From Macrostomum lignano (lineage: Eukaryota), in assembly GCA_002269645.1 (NCBI GenBank), contig NIVC01000025.1, positions 372,001-436,000 of the forward strand: DNA of 64,000 bases, read 5' to 3'. This document shows, one piece after another, positions 54,331 to 64,000 of the stretch; position 1 is the stretch's first letter; each line of letters opens with the position of its first letter. A program made the translations under genes and the position numbers. The notes beneath the pieces are model-generated. The model was not told where the DNA came from and did no database searches. It worked only from the letters and a program-made list of their open reading frames with translations.

Positions 54331-57300
54331 AATTCTAACTTTGAAGAAACTTTAAAGGCTTTTTCCGTCAGCCAGCTAGTATCTTGCTAAGTACAATAGC
54401 GAGAGTATCTTGGACCGTTTAGCCATCCGGATACCAACTCAACCACTATCCAGATCCACAGCTAGATTTTTATTATCATCATTAAACAGACACACCAATG
54501 GTTTTGGTTTTTATATTTTAAATATTGTAAAGTATGAGACGACCTAATTAATATAACGAAAGAAAAAATAGACACAAAAGGTAGTGAATAAAAATACTTT
54601 TGATGTGACGGGAGTTTAAAAATCAAGTATGCAACATAATATTAAAGCTTATTTATTAGGCCTCAAAGCAGTTGCATTCTAGCTGGCGTCATGTCTAAGG
54701 GATTTTGCTAGAATTTCCATTTTGTCTCTATCATCAAGACTTGAGTCCATATGCAAAATAGAAACTTTAACTGAGATTTCCTGTTTAAACTTATCACAGG
54801 GAGCACAATTCTCGAAAGGGATTGAATTGGGGTTGGAAATTTGTAGGACAAACTTGCAACTTTATCAGCTACTTTTTCTACTACGAGATAGCAAGCAATC
54901 AAGGTGAAACAGAAATTTTCCAGTTTAAATGTATTCATATTATCAACCAATCAATGGGATCCAAAGCTGAGGACACGACCCCAGCCTCAGCCAATGAGAA
55001 ATGCCTTATAAACCACTGTTGAAATCAAGCAAGAAACTCGCGCATTTCTTCGACCCCGCTGTGATTTTGTCTTAGCTCACTCCTCGCTAATCTTTTGACT
55101 CGAATAGATTTAACAAACTGATCCATTGAGCTTTGAAGAACAACCAATCCCCTCCTTATAACAGATTGAAGTGTCAGTCTTCCTGAACAACAGAACCTTG
55201 TTACAAACTTGGAACAGTTGGTCGAATCTGCAGCCTGTTATTTGGCTCTCACACTCAAAGTTGAAGTTATTATAGAGCCATACCATAATAGTGAGTGTCC
55301 AGAAGACCAAGGACACCAACATAGTAAAGTAGTTTAAAGGAGGAAAGAAAATAGTTGTCCCTGCTTTTACTTGACTTGAATTCGCTCTTTCGCCACATGT
55401 TTATTGAAAACAAGCGAAACCAAACCTACAAGCCCAACTGCATGTCAACAAAATTGCAGCGACCAGAACATCAGGAGTGACATTGGCAACACAGTTAGCT
55501 GGAGAAATTTACGCAGACGTGGTGGATTTAACGACTGTCCAGAATACAAGGAAGCCACCGCGACATTCAGATCACTGGCTGTCAATGTACACGGTATTAA
55601 TTGAATCTGTGAACGCGATGCTGACCTTATGATTCCTGAATCTGTTGAAGCAACTCAGAAGCAATTCCAGCTACCTCAGAAGCAACAATATCAACATTAA
55701 AAATACGCTCGTAGAAGCAACAGTCCAATCACTTGAAATCTCATTAAAACCAGCTGCTTCAGATGACGAGTACCTTTTTTCAAAATTAACATGACGAATT
55801 ATGACATGGATTTGCGTTTTGACCTTTGTATTTCCTACTCTATATAATACTTTATACAATACATTTGTTGCTTTGTTGCTGCACATAATTAATCTATCGA
55901 TCTGCTACATGCCTTAATACGAGTATAATCCTTAAAGTTAAGTCTATCTTTGTTACCTCTTAAATACATGTATACTGTAATTTAATACAGACAACTAGTT
56001 GAGTCTTTATCTACATCAATTCGCAAATGTTTCTAACTAACTATTTTTTCACCAGAAGAGTAGGCTCAGCAGGACTCAGCAGGCTTTTTCACCAGGAAGA
56101 GGTCGGTATGTGATTAAGTGAAATAGCGACCGAAAAACCCATAGAATATCTTATTTAATTTAAACTATTTTAATTTTGCGGGATGTATTCAGATAAATCC
56201 CGGAGCCATACTTGTATGTCTATGGTTGAAGTTGGGGATGGGGGTGTGGGGGCGAAGCCCCACATTCTTACCATAGACAAAATTTCATTAAGAAATTTCT
56301 CGAGTCACGAAGGAAGAGAAGAGAGAAGCTCGCTTGTACGGGAAAGTGGTCGATTAAATCCCGCAAAATAAAATCTGTCAATAACCCCCCTGAAAGTGAG
56401 GTTTAAAGTGGTTTAAAAATCATTTAAAAAGTCATTAAACCATACCGACCTCAAACCCATAGAATATCTTATACGTATATGGCCGTCAGAATGATTGACA
56501 AGTTCGAATTCGTTTTAGCCATAGGCAAATTAATACGCTCGTAAACGGGAGGTATGGTACATGTACTTTCCCCCAACTTAGCCCAGTATTTTTGATAGAC
56601 GTAACAATCAGACAATAATTTTAAGCAGTTTAATTAAATCGCTTGTGCTCGAAGTATAAAATTTGCATGATTTTATTTGATAATTACGGACAGAACACTA
56701 CGGAGACATCTACAAGACCTCGCTTCAATTTTACGTTACATGTAGAACATGAACTCATGGAACTGTTGTCAATGGCTGTGTGCTAGAAGCTACTAAAAAG
56801 AAAGCTGCTTGGATAATTAACAAGTTCACGGAATGCCACAAGGAGAAGAGACAGTGGGCGTCTGGTAATCAACGTGGACTGATGGTGCTTAAAGAGCTGC
56901 ATGATGAGCAAATCGGATATAAAACGTTCTGTTGTTGGTCTTGCTGTCACTACTCTAGTGCTGTATGACTAGGTCAATAGTCTACGGTTCTGATCGCTGT
57001 TATGTTAAAATAACTCGTTTCTGTTTTAACACCAGACCATAGACTTAGTTGACCGGGACAAGTGAGAATACATTTTCAGACTCGGGACAGAGATTTGCGT
57101 TCTTGCTGAATTCGAATCCAGCAAGAATCTAGTATGTACTATGAGAGTCTGTGAACATTACATTGGATTGCACAATCCATTGCAAATAAATTTCTGTTTC
57201 TGCTACAATACAAGCCTGACAATGTCGTATAATTGTGCCAAAACGCGTCAAAGCAATTAAATAAATGCTGATGATTACATGTATAACTCAATTTACTGTT

Positions 57301-57961
57301 TCATTTCATAGTGCATTCACTGGATTTAGACCATTGCTGTTGGTGGCGCTGTCATACTATGGCTAAGGAATGTACAGCTTTCTCATTGATAAACATGCTA
57401 GTTGATTACGATATAGTTAGTGAACAGGGTGCCACTGCTCAAGTGAAGGTGGAAAATTTCTATGACCAAACGCCTCATAGCATGTGCACTTCTATAGTAC
57501 GGTCACCATCACCATTGTACTCCACACAATAGCGGCGGAATATACTCGTATCTATTTGTTGGAGTTGCTTAGGAACGGTGCGTTTTTCTGGCATTATGAA
57601 GTTGATTCATCCGACGACTTGAAAATTTTGGCTTTATTGATTGAAAGAAATCAGTCAAATTTAAGAACCAAGCTTATCCTATACATAGTGTCCGCTTTTT
57701 TCTAACACAAACGCGCCATAGACAAAATGACTTTGCCGCCAACAGCTATGGTGTAAGTGTGCATAATAAACTTTTATCTTTCTCTTTGCTGTCGTTTAAT
57801 TTACATCAGTAGTGTTATAACTGTTTGACTGCGTTGCTGTTTAACTTTCAAAGCATTGTTTAGCAATTTGACGATCATTATTCGCATATTTTATGCAGAA
57901 CAATCATTACTAAAAACAATGCATTGTCTGTAGGATTGTCAAACAGAAAAACAATGCAAAG

Positions 57962-58056
57962 AATCAGCGGTCGCAGCACGTGACAACGATTTGTCTATGC
58001 CTCGCGCCTACCGGCGCTCGCCAGACAATCGTTGTCACGCACCGGGACCGCTGATT
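57962..58056. repeat. 95-bp inverted repeat/hairpin (possible tiny MITE)
   Basis: AATCAGCGGTC..CGTGACAACGATT(T)GTCT arms (~34 bp) around a GC-rich loop with an inner GCGCC/GGCGC stem. Confidence 0.8.
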
Positions 58057-59501
58057 ATTTATCCATTATGATGCAGAAAATTTTTCGTAAGTCGTGCAAT
58101 CTTTAGACTCAGTCTATATCCGCGTTTCTACATTACATCCACACTTATGGCTTAGCCATAGAACTCTATGGACTCTTCCGTTTTGCATGCCCACTGTTTC
58201 GCATGGCATGACAAAAGCTGTATTTTAGTTAAGTGTTTATTAAATACTTACTGCAATTATCCTTTAGTCATCGGCACAAACGGAAGTTGATCAACAAGGA
58301 ATATTTCAAAGGATACATTTTTGCATAACTGTGCTGCTTATAAATATCCAAATACATAGAAAAATTGACATTTAATTTATATTCCAATGTTCGGTTCGAT
58401 ATCATAGTACATCAGTTCTGGCTACTTTTTCTGAAATAAATTAAGTGTTCCAATACATTTTCCAGCCAACATAAAGTGAATGCCATTGGGATGATATATA
58501 ATTAATTCATAGGAAAATGCACAGCCCTGCCCCGACGCAATTCAGACAATACTACCTAGACAAGTAGCAAGATTAGCAATAATTGGAGGAGTTGAAGCTT
58601 CAATTAGTTCGGAATTTGTAAACCTGAACCTGACACAAGAATTTATTTTGGACGACTTTAACGACCTAAAACGCCGACTTCAAAGTTCAAACCCGCGTTG
58701 TGTAAAATAAAAAATTCTGAGCTGAATCTAACAAATAAAAAACAAAACTTAAAGATGGGCTAGAATCGGCGGCCATTATTTCACGACAAAATTTGTTGTC
58801 TTTTTCATTAAGGTCACATTAAAGAAGGTACGGCATGACATTTATTAAAACGTCCGGCTTGAGTTGTTATGAAATTTGCAATACATATAGATAAGTATTG
58901 CAACAAGGAAACCTATCAACACGTTCGCATTCTTATTCAATTAACAAACTGTTTGCTTCGGGTAAGCAGTATATAATATTATACGAACATTTTTGTCCTT
59001 TTTAATAACACAACAACAATCCTACAATAACTGAACAGCACTTGATACAATGACGATATATAAAAAGCGTACCTACGAAATTTACCATTGAATTGTAGAA
59101 TATTAGGGGCCATTCGTACGGGGTCCGATTACGAAGCAGGATTTCAGGTGCATAATTCAAACCAATGTGATATTTAACAGAAAAATAATGAAACATTACT
59201 TGCAATGCTCTACTGCCCGGCGTTAGCAAATGAGACTTAGCATGGATGCCACGTGTAAGTTTGACCTGACCCATAGCTAGCAAATAAGACGATAGTTTTA
59301 CATACAGTACATAGCCTAGAGTTTAGAAACTACTTACATTATTTTCATAGTATCAGGACTTACACCTGAATAGTAATCGAGACAACACGACATAGTTACG
59401 ATAAATATGAATAAATATTTTAAACTTAAATTGTTAAAAAATAAAAAGATGACATTGAACCAGTCTTAGACCTACAGCAGTCTAAAATTTGTCCGCCTAA
59501 C

Positions 59502-60115
59502 TTAAACGTCCTCATCAACGTAATAAACGCACTGGTACACCATGGTGCCATCCAGCTTCAACACGTTGACACCGTTTTCGGATAGAAATCGGACAGACAC
59601 GACGCTTTGAAAGTTATTAGGCGTCTGGAGAATCTCGGAGGCCCTCTGCAGCACCGCCTGCTCGTTGCTCTGGATCTTGTGCACCTCAATAAACTTCGGG
59701 TCGCGATTGCCGACGCCTAATGCCGTGAGCTTGATAGTGCATTCTTGAATGACGTCAAGCTCGCGAGACTGCAGACTTTCCATTAGATATTTCTTCAGCT
59801 TAACAAAGAGATTAGTAAGAATGACGTGAATCTCGTCCTTGGAGAGATCACTTTGAAGCTGAACAGTTTTCGGACCGGGGCACGACACGCTTACAACAGG
59901 ATAGATGCCCACTTTAGTGCCCAGCATGAGGTACTCCTTGGCCTGGGCCTTCATGCCGTGCTTAAACGACGCGCACAATAGCATTCGCAGCACTGTGGCA
60001 CTAATAACTAGGGACGATTGGTGCGCTTTGGGAATAATTTCCACGCCGAGTTTCAGATCGTCGCTAGACGCTTCGCAGCAGGCGGCCAAGAAATCGTTGT
60101 AGACTTTATTGAGCT
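59502..60115 (-). CDS. TOPAZ1: TOPAZ1-like protein, last coding exon
   Basis: VYNDFLAACCE...VLRMLL...AKEYLMLGTKVGIYP...LSKDEIHVIL resembles the recalled TOPAZ1 C-terminal region; phase-1 acceptor TTTAG|. Confidence 0.6.
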
Positions 60116-62329
60116 CTAAAGTAACAGTTAATATAAAGTGCGCTAATACGGACTGTTTAAGGATTTGTTATAATATGATTATTTTCAAGCAAGCGTGTGC
60201 TAGTGTTAAGTTAAACCGATAAACCACAGATACTCGAACCCCTGATGGGCCACGCCCTTAGTTATTGTACGCTCGTATTCAGCCAAATCCGCACAACAAG
60301 AGATTCATTTTTCAATGATTAAATTTAAACTTTGACAAAATTCTTGGCATGGCCTGATGGTTAATCTTGAGAAGACAGAATGAATAATATTATTGTAAGC
60401 GTTTGTAAGCTAGAGGTCAACAGGCATTTTTTAGAGTGATTTAATAGACCATTGCATCAACTAGCTTACTTGTGCGGATTTGGCTGATAAAGCATGTAAC
60501 ATTCTAATTTTTTTATTTTCCTTACACTACCAATACAACTTCCTGCATCCATTTTGGTGCCTTGCAAATAGCCTAACAGAATTCTTATCTATCAATGACT
60601 AGGAACTGAAATCACCAGGCGATTTTGGCCTATTTTACAAACATCAAACTCAAAACCAGTCACGTATGTATGCATTCACTAATCCTCTCTCTGTCATCCA
60701 GACTGACTTTAGTTTAATGGTACTCCCTATGCCATTCTTTACTTTAGCAATGCCTTCCAGCTGTGGCCCAAATTGGTCGCAGTTAAAAGCAAATTTATTT
60801 CTGTTCTCTATGGCTCTCTATGGTTTGTCTGTGTAAATTCTCTAACCACATCACCAATTGGAATTAAGAAAAGGCCAAATAGGAGGCAAAAAAGTGAAGT
60901 TATCCTAATGCAAGACCGATTGCAAGAAATTGTTTTTTAAAATATGTGCCAAACATAAGAGTTAACATTAATTTTGTTATATTCTACTTAGCCTGAATTC
61001 AATTTAGGCCTGGAGGCATATTGAGCACTACTTTGCTACTGAAGAAAAACATTTAAAAATTTGTTAAACAGCTAGAAAGAATTTCTAGTCCTGCTAATGA
61101 ATTTAGTGGCGAATAGAGAATTAATAAAACTATTTTATAAATTTTATTAAATCTGTGAACATCATGTTGTATAAGATATATTAATGGTGTTCTTAGAAAC
61201 CTGTTTAGTTCTAATAATACTTTTCCGTATTTTTACATATTTTAAGTTAGAATTACCTAACTATATACAAAATTTAAACTATCACTTTTAAAGACGCATA
61301 AAAATATTGTTTTTGACATTTTACAATCAGAACTGTAAGAAACAAACGTATGTCAAAGCTCATTTTGAAACTGAAGAACCGTTACATCAATACTGATAGT
61401 CAGCATTTGTGTTTGTCTACCTAAAGCACTAGATTATAATTTAAAACTACTATAAGTAGCTTGCATAAACTGACATCATTAAATGTGTAAATCACACCAT
61501 CATTGGTTTATTTTTTATTCAACATACGTGCCCATGATATTGGTTAATTGTAGTAACAACTAAATTATTTTTATTTCTACAAATACGTTTCAGTAAAAAT
61601 AACTTAAAATTACACAGTATATAATACAGTATTATATATAATTATGAGCAATTACAAAAAAACAGTGTTACTAGATTCCTTAAAGATCTATGTGCTTGAT
61701 CCTAACAGTTACTAGTATATTTAATTGCAAATTATATTATGTATGGCAATTATATGCCAATAAATTCATTTGCCGTATAAAAATTTCTTAAAGTTATCTA
61801 ACATGAAAAGTTCAGTATTTACTAGACACTATCAAGCATATAATTTAATAGAAACTAATTATTTTAATATAAGCACGACTAATTAAATAATCATATAATA
61901 AAGTAAAACATTTAACCTACATGGTAAAGTGGATAACTTTTAGGGAAATTTAATAACTATTGTGCTTAATCTTTTCTACTTTCATTTTTATGAATATTGT
62001 CCCGATAAGATTGAGGTAAATCATTGTTGTTGTCTAATTTTCTGCATTCACCACAAATATTAATACTATAACTAGATTGGTCACTTCACATATTTACTAG
62101 CATACTACTCTTAGCACCCGACGTAAGTAATACAAAATTGACAAAATAAAGAATCACAGAATTTTCCTAGCTGTCCTACTGTCCTTAAATGTGGGGAGTG
62201 ACCAATCTAATTATATTACTTTCTCAAATATACTATGAGTAGCATGTTAAGAATCCATTTTATCAACAATCTAAAAATGTTTACACTATAGAATAAAATT
62301 CATATAGACTTTATTGAAAATTGTCTCAC

Positions 62330-62749
62330 CGCTACTCCGCGACACCGGATGCTGCATCATGGCGTTCAAAGCGGCCGCAGCATCCGCCAGCGTGCCCTCG
62401 GCTATGCAGGCGGTGCACAGCTCGTGCAACAGTTGAAACCTGGCGCTGGCGTGCTCACCAGTAGCTGGCAGGGCGATGCCAATAGGCGAGGTGTCTGCCG
62501 AGAGCATGCTGGCCGCAGTGGAGTAGCTCTGAGTCCGCATGTAGATTTGAAAGGCCATATTGGCTATGTAGGCCTCGGACATGTCCGGCTGAGTGGCACT
62601 GACGGCTTTCATCAGGCTGATGTTCAGGCCGCGCAGACTGCGCAGCAGCCTCAACGCGTCCGCCCATTGCATTCTGTCCACTGATTTCTTTAGTAGGCGA
62701 ACTGCCGTCTGGCTGATGAAGGCCTCCATAGCCGGGTTGCGGCTGCGAT
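62330..62749 (-). CDS. TOPAZ1: TOPAZ1-like protein, penultimate coding exon
   Basis: MQWADALRLLRSL..LNI...IANMAFQIY...RFQLLHEL helical-repeat pattern; CCCCCAG| acceptor, GCG|GTGAGA donor, phases 1/1. Confidence 0.6.
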
Positions 62750-62944
62750 CTGGGGGAAAAGCAAGGGGATCGGCGATAATATTGAGAAAAAAATTGATTC
62801 GAGTCTTCAGTCTGAATTGCGAGTTCGATGAGATTCTAGGTTTATAGGGATTGGGGATTCAAAGTTTATGGATTGGGATAATCAGGGTATGAATAGAGAT
62901 TATCAGTGCGGGGATTGGATTGAGATCATCGGGGTAGTGATCGA

Positions 62945-63575
62945 ATTTATTGGGGTAGGGATCGGGATTATCGGGGTAGGGATCGGGATTATCAGGATAG
63001 GATCGGGATTATCAGGATAGGATCGGGATTATCAGGATAGGATCGGGATTATCAGGATAGGATCGGGATTATTGGGGTAGGGATCGGGATTGTCAGGATA
63101 GGGATCGGGATTATTGGGGTAGAGATCGGGATTATCAGGATATGGATCGGGTTTATCGGGGTAGGGATCGGGATTATTAGGATAGGATCGGGATTATTGG
63201 GGTAGGGATCGGGATTATCGGGGTAGGGATCGGGATTATTGGGGTAGGGATCGGGATTATTGGGGTAGGGATCGGGATTATTGGGGTAGGGATCGGGATT
63301 ATTGGGGTAGGGATCGGGATTATCAGGATATGAATCGGGTTTATCGGGGTAGGGATCGGGATTATTGGGGTAGGGATCGGGATTATCGGGGTAGGGATCG
63401 GGATTATTGGGGTAGGGATCGGGATTATTGGGGTAGGGATCGGGATTATTGGGGTAGGGATCGGGATTATCAGGATATGAATCGGGTTTATCGGGGTAGG
63501 GATCGGGATTATTGGGGTAGGGATCGGGATTATCGGGGTAGGGATCGGGATTATCGGGGTAGGGATCGAGATTAT
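62945..63575 (+). repeat. 20-21-bp G-rich intronic minisatellite, ~30 copies
   Basis: GATCGGGATTAT(T/C)GGGGTAGG. Confidence 0.95.
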
Positions 63576-63641
63576 CAGTGTCGGGTCTGATATTTCGTAT
63601 CTAGGCATTGAGCCTTCGATAGAATCGCTTACACTTGTCAC

Positions 63642-64000
63642 CGATTGCCTTGCTAAGCAGCTCAAACTTGGCCTGCGGATCTTCGGCAACGTGAAACGCG
63701 TCGATGACGAACTCGGACAGAACTTCCAAATTGCTAACCGACGAGAAGAACCGACACAGCGTATCGAAATCGTTGCCCATGACCAGTTCGGTGACTTTCA
63801 CTCGAATCCGGTTCAGGAAGTTAGTCTGCTGAGTAGGGGTCAGATGAAAGATTGCCCTGATCTGTTCAATGCGGCCGACATTCTCCGTGCTGCCGTCTAA
63901 GGCGCAGCGAAGCCACAGGCGCTCGACGAGTTCCAGGCCGACCTGCTGCAGATTCTGCGGGTCCATGTTGCTGAGCAGGCCGATGCCCAGGTTCACGAAT
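63642..64000 (-). CDS. TOPAZ1: Upstream exon of the TOPAZ1-like gene (truncated by the window edge)
   Basis: Open GC-rich frame; phase-1 donor ATCG|GTGACA compatible with the 62749 acceptor. Confidence 0.55.

Overview
Eukaryotic (metazoan) genomic DNA: GC-rich, Ala/Gln-rich exons separated by AT-rich spacers and by introns that are mostly tandem repeats. This style is reminiscent of the flatworm Macrostomum (inference, not verified). Contents: (1) a full-length but defective Ty3/gypsy LTR retrotransposon (764-10381, minus strand; 908-bp LTRs, 4-bp CTCA TSD, tRNA-Leu-like PBS, PPT, gag-pol with several lesions, and an extra non-env third ORF); (2) an intronless TMBIM4/GAAP gene; (3) a divergent centromeric histone H3 (CENP-A/cenH3-like) gene whose ~6-kb intron holds a MITE, itself interrupted by a 5.35-kb CACTA/EnSpm-like non-autonomous element with two internal tandem arrays; (4) a WIPI1/2 (Atg18) gene; (5) a two-exon cytosolic sulfotransferase with a GC-AG intron; (6) a complete 10-exon GLG1 gene (~1116 aa), in which a frame-symmetric exon is flanked by inverted arrays of the same minisatellite; (7) a WSC-domain exon, a hAT MITE with an 8-bp TSD, a 5.3-kb 15-bp satellite, a tRNA-derived CORE-type SINE, and the 3' end of a TOPAZ1-like gene running off the right edge. 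No CRISPR, rRNA or intact tRNA gene seen. All alignments, counts and splice models were made by eye, and homolog comparisons rely on recalled family motifs, not database searches.
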